From a virus, in the UHGV virus genome UHGV-1350644: DNA of 41,845 nucleotides; one strand, given 5' to 3'. This document shows, one piece after another, positions 24,601 through 34,441 of the stretch. The number at the start of each line of letters is the position of its first letter. Positions within the stretch are counted from its first letter, which is position 1. The translations under genes were made by a program, and so were the position numbers. Under the pieces are notes generated by a model. The model was not told the origin of the DNA, did not search any database, and saw only the letters and a program-made list of their open reading frames with translations.

Positions 24601-26432
24601 ACTGCATTTGATGCACGTTTATCTCCGGCAGCTTTTGCAAGTCTGTTGATCTCATTACTTGAATCGACTGTTGCTTTGTAAAGTCTGCGGAATTTACCCT
24701 CTGCGGAGTCCATTGCTTCTTGAATAGTTTTCACATCCGGATTTACAATACCAAGATTTTCACTCTTTCCGACTACGTCAAAATTGCCAACCTTTGTTTC
24801 TTTTCCACTAGGTGTGACTTTGACTTCATTTGCCGCTTGTCTGATAGGTGGGGCAACCTTATTGACATTGTCAATATTATTTGCTATAATGTTCATAGGG
24901 TCAGATGAGTGGTTCGCCCCGGACAATTGGAGTCCGACGGAAGGAACATCATCTAGCCCTATTTTTTTATTTTCATACAAAACCTTTCCTTGCTTCCTTG
25001 CATTATCAATAAAACGCTCATATCCATCCTTACCATATACGCTTGCAATTTCATCCGTATATTCAATTCTGCCATCTTTATTAAGATGAAGCGCTGCAAT
25101 AACTGGATTATTATGTTCATCCAACATATTTGTTATAATAACTTTAGAGTCTTTCTGAGTTGACGAATCTAATACAGCTATTGGGTCCTCAAGCTGTTTA
25201 GGAAGCATTTCAAGACCGCCGAATCCTAAATTATGCCCTTGTTTTAAGCCTTGATATCTTTTTGGATACATAGCTTTTCTCACGGTATCTTGCGTTATTG
25301 TCAAACTATCAGCTTTTGCACCATGTTTTTTTAGAATTTCAGGAGTATCCATAACCTTAATGATTTTTCCTGTTGGTGTTTCTCCTGTTATAGTTCCTTG
25401 CAAGTCTTTTACATATTGTTTTTGTCTTGCCGATTTTGGAAGCTCTACCTTGGACGTTATTTTGACGTTTTCAGCCTGTTTTGCAGTCTTTGTGGGTAAT
25501 TCTATCTTTGGAGTGACTTCTTCCTTTACAGCCTGTTTTGCGGCTTTTGGAAGCTCCTTTTTCACTGCTTTTTTCGACCCTTTTAAGGCTTTGGCTACTG
25601 GCAATGCTTCAATTACACCGCCAGTAACCGCATTTATTCCGGCATTGACTGCCATATCCTTAGCAAGTTCTTTGCCCTTTTTGCCCTCGCCCCTTGCCAA
25701 GCCTAAATCAAGTGCAGTTCCTACTGTTGCATCAGCTATAGCATTCTTTGTCGCACTTTTGACAACTTGTTTTGCGGCTTCCTCGCCAATTTTTTTCCCA
25801 ACTTTGCTCTTTACGGCTTTTTCAGTAACCTTTTTCCCTGTTTTCGTTGCAAGAGCTTTTCCGGCAAGTTTTGTTGTGCCTTTCTCTGCTGCACCATATC
25901 CGGTAGCATAGCCGAACATTTCCCCGGCTATGTTTCCCGCTTTTCTATATTTTGCAGTCTTTTTATTTGGTGCTTTGATAGTTTTGTTGCCTTTTGTCAT
26001 AGTTTTGCTTTCGGAAAGTTTTTTTCCTTTAGCAATGCTATATGCAGCTCCTGCTACAGAGTTATCTACAACACCTTTTCCAAGCCCGACAAGAAATTGA
26101 CCTGTTTTATCGTTCGCAAAACCTCCATTTTTCTGATACTCTGCACGCTTTTCTTTTGCGATCTGCTCTTGAACCTTTTTTCGCTTTTCAGTAGGCATGA
26201 AATCAGATTCAATATCACGCCACGCCCAATTAACTTGCTGTTTTACTTTGTCCTTTAAGCTTTTGCCCGTGCTTTTTTTCTTATTTTGTGTTTTCGTATT
26301 AGACTTTCGCGGTGGTTTCTTTAATCCATAAGAAGCACTTACATTTCCGACATATCCTTTTTTATTTTTCTTCAAGTCATTTTTGGCTAAAGTGTTTACT
26401 TCTTTTTCGACTTTTTCCCAATTAATAGACAT
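21699..26432 (-). CDS. Large virion-associated protein (1577 aa): Lys/Ala-rich N-terminus, C-terminal tandem ~55-aa repeats. Possible tape-measure or DNA-ejection protein.
   Basis: Size, position in the morphogenesis operon, coiled and low-complexity segments. Repeat SIxxAYALLxxxQSxxxAIxxTSExAVxxATxLKxxGVT occurs twice. Confidence 0.45.
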   Translation of the reverse strand: MSINWEKVEKEVNTLAKNDLKKNKKGYVGNVSASYGLKKPPRKSNTKTQNKKKSTGKSLKDKVKQQVNWAWRDIESDFMPTEKRKKVQEQIAKEKRAEYQKNGGFANDKTGQFLVGLGKGVVDNSVAGAAYSIAKGKKLSESKTMTKGNKTIKAPNKKTAKYRKAGNIAGEMFGYATGYGAAEKGTTKLAGKALATKTGKKVTEKAVKSKVGKKIGEEAAKQVVKSATKNAIADATVGTALDLGLARGEGKKGKELAKDMAVNAGINAVTGGVIEALPVAKALKGSKKAVKKELPKAAKQAVKEEVTPKIELPTKTAKQAENVKITSKVELPKSARQKQYVKDLQGTITGETPTGKIIKVMDTPEILKKHGAKADSLTITQDTVRKAMYPKRYQGLKQGHNLGFGGLEMLPKQLEDPIAVLDSSTQKDSKVIITNMLDEHNNPVIAALHLNKDGRIEYTDEIASVYGKDGYERFIDNARKQGKVLYENKKIGLDDVPSVGLQLSGANHSSDPMNIIANNIDNVNKVAPPIRQAANEVKVTPSGKETKVGNFDVVGKSENLGIVNPDVKTIQEAMDSAEGKFRRLYKATVDSSNEINRLAKAAGDKRASNAVQAVRTSSGTAEYIYTKQLVNPKGEVIDNRSFYDVFKPVSKNSEDFNIYAQHLNNIDRWKQGKPVFKQYSSEESAKIVQEMLNKHPEFAEITDNINSYWRQFTHSWLVETGRMSESAWDAMNKMYPNYVPAFRKNKAGGVSVGGSHYSIGSGVKKAVGGHSETIPIEDAMMEQVSQMIKTTRKNDLYLNLIDTLKSNPEQLKTFGVVADTKPMQSLNIDDFLSEAEQGALKEINSKVYTISAMRNSEKVTAYINSDLAEALGKLDNVIGSKNIQAFANLGKTITNPMKAGITGYNPVFAISNMARDIPTALIQSEYGVGKTTKNMFNAIYQMATNGEMWRKYQALGGKSAGYIHANRGFDKTFNVSPNPVRRIWEGMKSVLGAAGEATESIPRLAEFISSMQTHGDLNRALNEAAEVTVNFSRAGEVTKALDAWTLYLNAAVQGIDKFARVAKAHPVRTAARSIGVVGVPYALLMAYNWDNPHYQDLNDRTKQNYFCIPNLAGETDEQGYAKTFIRIPLNREYGSIFASSLDVVGGYLSGEANPWNGYGETLKNNFLPPNPLTDNVLAPLLINIPNNKDFAGRSIVPSTMENVSPQLQYDYSTSGLAKGIANVANNLNLPFDSLKSPMKVDYLIDSFGGYMGQMGQAVTDPQLQGLGERIKGVTIDPFKDKFTADPRFSSGVVSDFYDKKDAAERAYNDVKLTTGKKGKEYIENKVYTQIQTELSDLSKKEREIQNSNLSVADKTRQIKAIREQKNEIARSAAQKIKQANSEYSKNPTYETEMDKSQKESYEKKYKPLGIGKEEYAKAKLLTQDYDSSIAKAYALLEGKQSAKLAIAMTSESAVEQATALKSQGVTLKEVESAKKILKDSGYSKSIGQAYALLDNEQSPNVAIVLTSERAVKRATWLKQAGVTPDLLDQVASVIDANGNGSYSKDEIISFFNQNGGFSTAQKRAIFLALSTAKYSPY

Positions 26433-26435
26433 ATC

Positions 26436-27869
26436 CTACCTCTTTGCATATTTATTTATAAGAGTTTTTGCCTGTTTTTCGGTTATATTTCCTGCGTTGT
26501 ATTGACTCTTAATGTAACTTAATGCGGACTCAGCACCGGTTCCTGCACTCTTTTGCCCATACGTTGAATTCCCATATCTGCTCGCAGCCGTATTCCTAAC
26601 TATATCAGAATAGCTAGGCTTATTCCAAACAGATTCAATATCCTTTATTGAAGTGCTACTGCCACTACTTCCTTTTTTCTTACTCGATCTACCCTTCTTT
26701 GTAGTAGTCTTAGGGTCTTTTCTTTCAACCACTTTTGCCCCAAGTGCTTTCGCAGCGTTTGCTGTTGCTTGCGAATTGGTGTAATGCAGTCTGCCATCCG
26801 ATGTGACATAAGTGTACTTCGGATTCTTCGCATTGATCTTAGACTGAATTTTCGTATTCCAACTATTAATAGCGTTTTGACTCTTAGCAGCTTGATTCTG
26901 CTCTTTAAGTTCATTCTGTCTATTAATATAAGCTTGAAGTGTGGAAATCTGTCCATTAAGTAGGTTCTGCTTTTGGTTTGCTAAATCTTCCTGTGCCATT
27001 GCTCCATACTGGGAATTGATGCTTGCCTGGTTCGACTGCAGCTGTGCCATTAAATCGGATAGATTGCCGTTGTACTCGTTTGCAAGTTCAGCTAATGCAC
27101 TCTGCCGGGATGCTTCTGTATCCGCTAAATTGGACGAATAAGAGTTTAAAATCTGATTCAAGGCAGTTTCACTTGCACCGCCTGTAATGCCGTTTGTAGA
27201 AAGCTGTTCTGCAAGATTCTTTCGGTTCTGCATATAGGCTATGTACTGCTGTCTTGCCGCTTCATCTGACGTTAAATTAGCTTGATTTACACCTTGGTTA
27301 TACACATTGCCAAGCTGTCCGGCATTTGTATTATACAAAGTGTTTGCATCTGCCAAGGCTGTATCCCACTGGCTTTGGATATTCGGGTTTACTGTCAGTT
27401 CCGAAGAACCTAACGGCTCAATTAAACCCGATTGTAAAGCCCTTAAATAAGCGTTTGGAGATGAATTGGGATTGTTGTTGATAAATGCCCTTGCCGCTTT
27501 ACCAATCGTTGACGTTCCTAACAGATTTGAACCGCCAAGTGCAGTCTTAACACCTGCATTTCTGTTAGTGTTTGCGGGTGTCTTGGTGGTTGTGCCTTTC
27601 GTGCCTGCACTTCCGATTTTAGCCAAGTTGGATGCACCTATGGTATTTCCATAGGTGTTGTTATTACTTGTGCTTTTCTTCCATGCTGATACTGCCGCCG
27701 CTGTATCTTTGCCCCATATACCATCTGCACCCGATTTACCAACACTGTACCCCGCTTTTATTAGCGAATTTTGCAAGTCTTTCACTTGCGATCTACTCAT
27801 GTTATTCTTGTTATAAATTGTTGTTTTAGGTGTTGTCTTTGTAGTTGTTGTTTTGGTTTTCGTTGCCAC
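26436..27869 (-). CDS. Virion protein with an N-terminal peptidoglycan-binding (PG_binding_1) domain and a Q/N-rich coiled region; GTG start
   Basis: SRSQVKDLQNSLIKAGYSVGKSGADGIWGKDTAAAVSAWKK. Confidence 0.5.
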   Translation of the reverse strand: MATKTKTTTTKTTPKTTIYNKNNMSRSQVKDLQNSLIKAGYSVGKSGADGIWGKDTAAAVSAWKKSTSNNNTYGNTIGASNLAKIGSAGTKGTTTKTPANTNRNAGVKTALGGSNLLGTSTIGKAARAFINNNPNSSPNAYLRALQSGLIEPLGSSELTVNPNIQSQWDTALADANTLYNTNAGQLGNVYNQGVNQANLTSDEAARQQYIAYMQNRKNLAEQLSTNGITGGASETALNQILNSYSSNLADTEASRQSALAELANEYNGNLSDLMAQLQSNQASINSQYGAMAQEDLANQKQNLLNGQISTLQAYINRQNELKEQNQAAKSQNAINSWNTKIQSKINAKNPKYTYVTSDGRLHYTNSQATANAAKALGAKVVERKDPKTTTKKGRSSKKKGSSGSSTSIKDIESVWNKPSYSDIVRNTAASRYGNSTYGQKSAGTGAESALSYIKSQYNAGNITEKQAKTLINKYAKR

Positions 27870-27988
27870 GTTCTACACCCTTTCTTTGTTTCAATAAAAA
27901 ACACAAACTTTTTATCGTTTGTGTCAGAATTTATTGTTGCATTCCGTTATATATTATGTACAAGGCAAACTGTGATTTCCTTGCATCT

Positions 27989-28036
27989 ATCGGCACATCT
28001 ACTCCAAACACATTATGTGCCGATTTTTTATTTTTA
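27989..28036 (+). terminator. Terminator-like hairpin on the plus strand inside a late-operon intergenic gap (perfect 10-bp stem, then T6AT5)
   Basis: atcggcacat ... atgtgccgat followed by tttttta ttttt. Confidence 0.4.
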
Positions 28037-28390
28037 AAACTCCGTGAAGAACTCTCCCTCGGAAATCTCTGTCGGACTTCCAGCTTTGATGCAAACGTAT
28101 CTTGTTGCTCCGTCCGTGTAATAGTAGTTTTCGTACACGTCCATGCCCGGCTTAAATGTAATCGGCTTGTCTGCTGTTCCCTCGGCATCCGGGTCGGTTT
28201 CTTCAACCCATGTGATAGCTCCACCGGCTTTCGCTTGGTGCGGAACCCACTTGAATCCAGGTCTCGGTGTTACGATTGACGGTTTATCTTCGATTGTAAT
28301 TCCGACTTCTTCGATAACATCAACGACTTCTTTGTCGGCTCTGATTGCCGTCTTGATTGCTTCAAGTCTCTTAGTCTGTTCACTGTTCAT
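28034..28390 (-). CDS. hypothetical acidic virion protein
   Basis: ORF. Confidence 0.45.
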   Translation of the reverse strand: MNSEQTKRLEAIKTAIRADKEVVDVIEEVGITIEDKPSIVTPRPGFKWVPHQAKAGGAITWVEETDPDAEGTADKPITFKPGMDVYENYYYTDGATRYVCIKAGSPTEISEGEFFTEF

Positions 28391-28757
28391 TAATTCCTAC
28401 CTCGATTTCTAATTCAGATAAAACTTGATCAACGTCCTCCGACGCCGGCTCACTTGGCAGTTTCGCCTTGACTTCTTCTTGATACTCAATCGGCACTCCG
28501 TCAATAGTCATTTGATTTGTGACTACTGCCGATACATACCAGTCCACTTTTTCGTCGTGCGTAGTTTCTCTGCCGACATAGGTTTCGGTTTCGGCAGATA
28601 GATAGTGTTTCGTTTCCAATGTGTCTTCCGGATGCGTCTGAATGACTGCCATAATCTGATCGTATTTCTCTTCGGAAATCTCAACAGCGTTCTGAGGTAC
28701 TACTGATGATTCCCCTATCATGGTTATCTCGCTACTTTGGATTGTTTTGTAATACAT
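28380..28757 (-). CDS. hypothetical acidic virion protein
   Basis: ORF. Confidence 0.45.
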   Translation of the reverse strand: MYYKTIQSSEITMIGESSVVPQNAVEISEEKYDQIMAVIQTHPEDTLETKHYLSAETETYVGRETTHDEKVDWYVSAVVTNQMTIDGVPIEYQEEVKAKLPSEPASEDVDQVLSELEIEVGINEQ

Positions 28758-28769
28758 TTCTTCTCCTTT

Positions 28770-29378
28770 CTATGCCATCACTTGCCAGTAATATGTTGCA
28801 CCAGTTAAGAAATAAGATGTTGATGAAGAAAAGCTCAAATTGAATGTTGATTCATCATAGTCAGCTGTTTTTACTATAAATTCACTATATCTGTATACTT
28901 CAATATCACTATAATAAGTATTATTGTATATATAAATACATTGCATACTGTTATCTGTTGAAGTACCGTCATAACTATATCTGTTAACGCATTGAATCGA
29001 ACGAATTGCATATTGTTTTCCTAGAAGACTAGCATCTGTATAAATCACTATGAATTTTGGTTTTGAACCAAGATTATGGGTTATTGAATAGCTTTTACTA
29101 TTTGAAGAAGGTATAAATGAACCATGAGCCTCTTTCGTCAGACCAAACATAAAATTTTTCACTTTCTCATACCAGTACCCGCCTTGCGTGCCGCCGTCTG
29201 GGTAGGCATTCGTGCTGTCAGATACGACATAATCAATGAATGTGCCGCCTTTCGCAGATAACTTCTTAAATACATACGCCCCATGTTTTACATCATCTAC
29301 TTTCGGTAGCCCCTTAACCGTTGACAGAATGGAGCTTAACTCGGTGTTGTTCGTTTGTAGTTTTTGTTTATTTCCCAT
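28770..29378 (-). CDS. Receptor-binding/tail-tip-like protein, paralogue 2
   Basis: Shares the SYSITHNLGSKPKFIVIY motif with the upstream 185-aa protein (SISHSLGTTPQIALLF). Confidence 0.4.
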   Translation of the reverse strand: MGNKQKLQTNNTELSSILSTVKGLPKVDDVKHGAYVFKKLSAKGGTFIDYVVSDSTNAYPDGGTQGGYWYEKVKNFMFGLTKEAHGSFIPSSNSKSYSITHNLGSKPKFIVIYTDASLLGKQYAIRSIQCVNRYSYDGTSTDNSMQCIYIYNNTYYSDIEVYRYSEFIVKTADYDESTFNLSFSSSTSYFLTGATYYWQVMA

Positions 29379-29390
29379 GCTTGCTCCTTT

Positions 29391-29948
29391 CTATGCTAAC
29401 GTGATAAGGGTGTATTCGACACCTGCGATATAATATCCATTAGAGCTGCCCACTTTAAACATCACTGAACTTCCTCCTACATTTCCATTTGCCGCGTACG
29501 ATAAGCCACCGTAACCAGCGGAAGCATTTGTGTTTCTTGTATAACAAAGAGTGCAGACGGAATTTGTAGCCGCAAAATAAACATCTGCATTTGCGGTTGC
29601 ACTGTCACGATTGCAAAACAGCAGTGCTATCTGAGGTGTGGTACCAAGAGAATGAGATATGGATGTGCCATAGCAAGTCTTTCTACTAGAGAACGAGAAT
29701 TTATCGACCGCCATTTTCGCGAACCCACCTGCTGATTTTAAATCCGCAAATTGGCTTGGGTCTTTCGCCGTTCCCTGCACCAGCTGACCATTGACCCATG
29801 CACTGAACCCCTCAAGAATCTTGTCAGCCGTGGCATTTGCTCCTGTTGCCTTGCCAACAAGCTGTGTCTTGATGCTCTCAATCAGCCCTGTCTGAGCTGT
29901 TACTTCGGGTGTAACGTTCTCGCCACCCTTTATTGGATACCAAGCCAT
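29391..29948 (-). CDS. Receptor-binding/tail-tip-like protein, paralogue 1
   Basis: Paralogy with 28770..29378; Gly-rich beta C-terminus. Confidence 0.4.
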   Translation of the reverse strand: MAWYPIKGGENVTPEVTAQTGLIESIKTQLVGKATGANATADKILEGFSAWVNGQLVQGTAKDPSQFADLKSAGGFAKMAVDKFSFSSRKTCYGTSISHSLGTTPQIALLFCNRDSATANADVYFAATNSVCTLCYTRNTNASAGYGGLSYAANGNVGGSSVMFKVGSSNGYYIAGVEYTLITLA

Positions 29949-31900
29949 TAATGCACCTCGATTCTTACGCTCATTGCGCTGCTTTGAGCTTCAAACTTTA
30001 ACGTAACTTTACCTGCGTCAATAGTCATCGCTGTGAGCGTTGCACCGAAGATGGATGTATACACATCCACAGCGGACGTTGCAAGAATTGCAGAATCACT
30101 GAATGTTAGTGAAGTTGACCCAGCAGCTAAGGTTGCTGTCATTGTTTTAGGTGTTAGTTTTGTTATTTTTGTGGTGTTCTGCTGTACCGCTGTGTTAAGC
30201 GCAGAGATTGACGATTTTGTATCGTCCGGAAGATTGTTTAAAATGGCAACAAACTGTGCTTCTGTGCCTTTATATCCACCTTCTTGTGCAAGCTGATATG
30301 CACTTTTTCCATTTGTTCCGTTCGTTCCCGGATTTCCCTGTGGACCTTGTTCGCCTTGCGGTCCTGTCTTGCCTTGTGGTCCTTGAACACCTTGTATACC
30401 TTGCAAGCCTTGCTCGCCTTTTGGACCCGCAGGACCTGTTGCACCTACTTCTCCTTTATCTCCTTTTTCGCCTTTTGCACCAGTAGCACCCTTTGGACCT
30501 TGTGGACCAGCTTCGCCTTGTGGTCCTTGGATTCCTTGAACACCCTGTTTACCCTGTGGACCTTGTTCGCCTTGGTCTCCCTTTTCGCCTTGTTTACCTT
30601 GTGGTCCCTGGATTCCCTGTATACCTTGCTCGCCTTGCGGTCCTTGCACACCGGGATCTCCTTTAGCTCCTGTTGCTCCGGTATCTCCCTTAGGACCTTG
30701 TGGACCCTCCGGACCTTGCAATGCACCAAGGCTTGACCATGCGCTTTCAAGTTCGCTCCAAATAAATATTTCATTATTTGAACCTGTTACTTGATAAGCA
30801 TAATCATTACCTTTTGGATAGGCTGTTTTTAATGCTGCAAGCGTAGGATAAATGTCTTGAATAACAAAGGAACGTCCGTCTGCACCTTTTTCCCCTCTTG
30901 GACCCTGTGCCCCAGTGGGACCTTGCGGACCTGTCGCACCAGTTGCTCCTGTTGCTCCGGTAGCACCTTTTTCTCCTTGTGGTCCTTGGATGCCTTGGAT
31001 TCCTTGCTTTCCTTGTGGTCCAGTTGCCCCGGGAGCACCTTTTTCTCCCTGTTTTCCTTGGACTCCTTGTTCTCCTTGTGGTCCTTGCAATCCTCTTGGA
31101 CCTTGCTCGCCTATATCTCCTTTTTCGCCCTTCTCGCCTTTTTCGCCTTGAGGTCCTCTCGGACCCGTTGGTCCTGTCGCACCTGTCGCACCTTCAGGAC
31201 CTCTTTCGCCTTGCTTTCCTTGGATGCCTTGAACACCCACAGGACCTTGGATTCCTTGCGGTCCTCTTGGACCTGTTGCTCCGGCTTCGCCCTGTACTCC
31301 TTGAACTCCTTGCGGACCTCTAATCGACTGTGGGGAAGGGATGATTGGTTCTTCTTGAATTTCCCAAGAAATAATTCCCGCATCGGTTACACTTGGCACT
31401 ATTACACCGCCAGTGTCTCCTTTTTGTCCGGTAGCACCTACTGCTCCGGTTTCGCCTTTTTCGCCCTTTGCGCCGGTTTCGCCTTTTGGTCCTTGCAGTC
31501 CCTCTATGATTGTATACGTGCCATCGTCTGTTATTTCAGTATTCAGAAACTTCAATCTTGAACGCTGTGTGTATTCTTTACCGCTAGAGTCAAATATTTT
31601 ATGCCCCGAAGATGCTGTTTGAATCCAAGTTACATTATCAATCGAAACTTCAATAGCACCATCAGCATTCAGTCTTATATATTTGACTTGTGATAAATCC
31701 CCGGACACAACAGCACTATCAATACCAAGTGCAACTAAAGCATCTACTAAAGCGTTGTGCTTTTCCATATCAAGCTGTGGGAATTTGTCAAATACAGCTT
31801 TATTTTCTGCGACTGATCCTGTGAGCCTTGTACCCTCTACGGAAGATACAGCAACGGCATCCCTTTCGCTTGTGAGTATTTTGGTATTGCTTAATGCCAT
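29948..31900 (-). CDS. collagen-like tail fibre protein
   Basis: Two long G-X-Y blocks separated by a globular insert. Conserved post-collagen motif [24 protein letters not shown]. Confidence 0.75.
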   Translation of the reverse strand: MALSNTKILTSERDAVAVSSVEGTRLTGSVAENKAVFDKFPQLDMEKHNALVDALVALGIDSAVVSGDLSQVKYIRLNADGAIEVSIDNVTWIQTASSGHKIFDSSGKEYTQRSRLKFLNTEITDDGTYTIIEGLQGPKGETGAKGEKGETGAVGATGQKGDTGGVIVPSVTDAGIISWEIQEEPIIPSPQSIRGPQGVQGVQGEAGATGPRGPQGIQGPVGVQGIQGKQGERGPEGATGATGPTGPRGPQGEKGEKGEKGDIGEQGPRGLQGPQGEQGVQGKQGEKGAPGATGPQGKQGIQGIQGPQGEKGATGATGATGATGPQGPTGAQGPRGEKGADGRSFVIQDIYPTLAALKTAYPKGNDYAYQVTGSNNEIFIWSELESAWSSLGALQGPEGPQGPKGDTGATGAKGDPGVQGPQGEQGIQGIQGPQGKQGEKGDQGEQGPQGKQGVQGIQGPQGEAGPQGPKGATGAKGEKGDKGEVGATGPAGPKGEQGLQGIQGVQGPQGKTGPQGEQGPQGNPGTNGTNGKSAYQLAQEGGYKGTEAQFVAILNNLPDDTKSSISALNTAVQQNTTKITKLTPKTMTATLAAGSTSLTFSDSAILATSAVDVYTSIFGATLTAMTIDAGKVTLKFEAQSSAMSVRIEVH

Positions 31901-31903
31901 ATT

Positions 31904-33979
31904 TTACCCCCTATTCTTACTGAAATTGCCTAATGTGTAGGTCTTTGTTATTTTCAAAAGTCCAAAAGGTTCATAAATTGCTTTGTTTTCAACAGTAATT
32001 TGTAACCTTTTATACTTCTTTACTTTCTTATTGAAAAAATCATCTTGCGCTGCTTCGTTTGCACTGAATGTAAACCTTGTGAAATCAATCATTTCCCATG
32101 TATGAATATCAGCATAAAAAATTCCAAGCGTGAAAACTCGGTCTCCATCCGCTGATAGTGTTACGATTGCAGATGTCCGATTATATGGAAGCAGTGTAAT
32201 CAGTGACCCTTTTTTATTCAGTGTCTTGAAATATTGCGGTATTCCATCATCATCAAGAGGTGTTGACCATCTACAAGGGATTGCTACTCCCTCTGTCATA
32301 ACAATATCTCCGGTGCTGCTTATTGTCCCTACTCCATCATCACAATAGGCAGTCTCGTTATGCACATCAGTATTAAACTTGCACAAAGTTCCGGCGGCAG
32401 TACCGAACCACAATTCATTCTCATATACAAAGAAACAGGTTGCCGGAACATTATCCCAGTAATAACATTCATACGAATAGTTTGTTGTATTGTTACTATC
32501 GTTTGATTTCTGCCGTCCATCCAATACGTAGCAATGTGAGTTCACACACAAGATATAGTATCTTTTCCATACAATAGCACAAGATTCCTCAAGATGCGGT
32601 TCTTCAATCAGACGTTTATCAACATAATATGACCGATTTCTAAGAACATTATCTGTTGTTGCAAACACATTTGTAATTGCAAAGATTCCATCTCTTGTAA
32701 GAAATAATGGGTCATCTCCCAAGGTTGCAAAAGTCTTTGTTGCGATTCCTCCGGCACCGCCCATTGTCGGCTTTACCGCAAAATATGTTTCTGTGCCAAG
32801 AGTCTGACCATAAGCAAGATAAACTGTGGTTTCTGTGTTGGTATCTCCCTTAATGACTGCCAAATACGATGAGTAGGTATGAAGTCCTACAATATCGTTG
32901 CCATCTTGCCCGGCTACAAAATAATTGTTGTCTGGCCAGTATGTCGGTTCATCAACTCCGGTATAATACACCCTGTTTTTATTCACACCGCCTACTGCGA
33001 AGATTCTATCTGTTGTCGAATATCCATAAGCTTTCGTTATGGATGTTTTTAAGAGGTCTGCTCGTGCTTCTTTATACTGACCTTTATAAATAATCGTTTC
33101 GACTCCGTTTATAGTTTCCTTATGATCTTCTGTGGCATCGAAATTTTCAAATGTGATCTTGACATTATCTTGACCAGTGATAACCGCATCATGTGCCGTT
33201 TTAAAGGTTATTTTCGGGGAACATACCCCAAAATCGACTACTTGGCCAAGAACGTTTTTACCTTTCAGCGTTGTAACTTCGCCTATTGTATAATCTGTGT
33301 CTTTCGTCTTAACCTCGAAAGTGCCATCACTGTTCATGACTTCAACTTTGATTGAATCCGCAACAATATATTTATAAAAATCATTGGTTTTAAGCTTCTC
33401 AGGGACAAGAGAATATTCGGTAGAAGTCTCATTGCCTAAAAATGAATAGGTCCGTTTTGGTGTTAAAAGGTTAATTCCCTCTAAAGACACACCGCCAGTA
33501 CCGTCCGGATTCCTTGAAATGGATGCTTCCGGTATTTTAACCTTATCACTATTCAGCAGATTTTCTGCTTGTAGATCTTTGAACCGATACAAATTACCAT
33601 TCGCAAAGGCATAAACCACATCATTATACATAAACAGATCTGCACACTCTAAGGTTGCATACGCTACAAGCTGTGTAACAGTCTCTACACCGTCCACGTC
33701 ATGCACTGCATAAATGCCTTGTGCTGCAATGATATATTTCACGATTCCGCTTGATTCTTTATGAAGCAGAATCTTTTCTATCTTACCGCCATTTACATTC
33801 GTCATTTTTCGCCAGCCACGACGCTTAATAGGATTGCCCCCATTATCAGATATGAGATTCAGCATATCCGGACTTCTTCTGCGGTTTACCTCTGTCATAT
33901 CCCTTGAAAAGTCAGCACCCTTTAACTGCTCATAATAAGCATGTTTATAGGAAGGTTGTGCCGGTATGCTTAGTTTCAT
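31904..33979 (-). CDS. Large tail/structural protein (692 aa)
   Basis: The start was moved to MKLSIPAQPSY, abutting the upstream gene. Beta-rich. Confidence 0.4.
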   Translation of the reverse strand: MKLSIPAQPSYKHAYYEQLKGADFSRDMTEVNRRRSPDMLNLISDNGGNPIKRRGWRKMTNVNGGKIEKILLHKESSGIVKYIIAAQGIYAVHDVDGVETVTQLVAYATLECADLFMYNDVVYAFANGNLYRFKDLQAENLLNSDKVKIPEASISRNPDGTGGVSLEGINLLTPKRTYSFLGNETSTEYSLVPEKLKTNDFYKYIVADSIKVEVMNSDGTFEVKTKDTDYTIGEVTTLKGKNVLGQVVDFGVCSPKITFKTAHDAVITGQDNVKITFENFDATEDHKETINGVETIIYKGQYKEARADLLKTSITKAYGYSTTDRIFAVGGVNKNRVYYTGVDEPTYWPDNNYFVAGQDGNDIVGLHTYSSYLAVIKGDTNTETTVYLAYGQTLGTETYFAVKPTMGGAGGIATKTFATLGDDPLFLTRDGIFAITNVFATTDNVLRNRSYYVDKRLIEEPHLEESCAIVWKRYYILCVNSHCYVLDGRQKSNDSNNTTNYSYECYYWDNVPATCFFVYENELWFGTAAGTLCKFNTDVHNETAYCDDGVGTISSTGDIVMTEGVAIPCRWSTPLDDDGIPQYFKTLNKKGSLITLLPYNRTSAIVTLSADGDRVFTLGIFYADIHTWEMIDFTRFTFSANEAAQDDFFNKKVKKYKRLQITVENKAIYEPFGLLKITKTYTLGNFSKNRG

Positions 33980-34440
33980 AATCTCAACCCCTGTCCGATC
34001 ACAATTCTTGTTGTTGCATAACAAGCCTGCTTAATCTGATTCATTAAATCGTCATACTCGTTGTAATAATACGTTGCCTTGGTCAAATCATCATCTAACC
34101 ACACATAATGAGATGCCAGTAATTTAATTAAAGGCTGAACCATAAGTGGCAGCTGTATTTCAAAGTCATCCGGTGTATCTGATGTTATATCTTTGATTAC
34201 CGGAACTGTCCATTCTTCTTCATCTGTAGAAAGTTCAGCCTTGAAATAGGCTCTTAAAGGAAGTACCACGGTATAATTAATGGTATTAATTGCATGGTTT
34301 ACGGCATTACGAACAATCGACTCATATTCTTGCATCGAATAGTCATCCTCAAAGCCTAAATCACGAATCTGATTTTTTAATTCAGCCCATGTCATAACGT
34401 TTCTCCTTAAAATAAAATGGGGCGGTTTCCCGCCCCTCAT
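33976..34440 (-). CDS. Putative head-tail connector/completion protein
   Basis: Position after the capsid gene. Confidence 0.3.
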   Translation of the reverse strand: MRGGKPPHFILRRNVMTWAELKNQIRDLGFEDDYSMQEYESIVRNAVNHAINTINYTVVLPLRAYFKAELSTDEEEWTVPVIKDITSDTPDDFEIQLPLMVQPLIKLLASHYVWLDDDLTKATYYYNEYDDLMNQIKQACYATTRIVIGQGLRL

Positions 34441-34441
34441 G

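Noticed and set aside
22440-26258. Multiple plus-strand ORFs 22440..26258 inside the 1577-aa gene (for example 25360..25911 and 25767..26258)
   Set aside because: They lie antisense to a long, well-supported minus-strand ORF and have Phe/Ser/Leu-rich composition from the antisense of Lys/Ala-rich codons.
27845-28279. Plus-strand ORF 27845..28279 (144 aa; start read as TTG at about 27844) spanning the late-operon gap
   Set aside because: It has a TTG start, runs through a strong plus-strand terminator hairpin and overlaps minus-strand genes at both ends.
30033-31622. Plus-strand ORFs 30033..30296, 30208..30486, 30284..30736, 30857..31561, 30915..31151, 30979..31323 and 31413..31622
   Set aside because: They are antisense or out-of-frame artefacts of the GXY collagen codon repeats, which have low stop-codon content. 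Only the minus-strand collagen-like gene is coherent.
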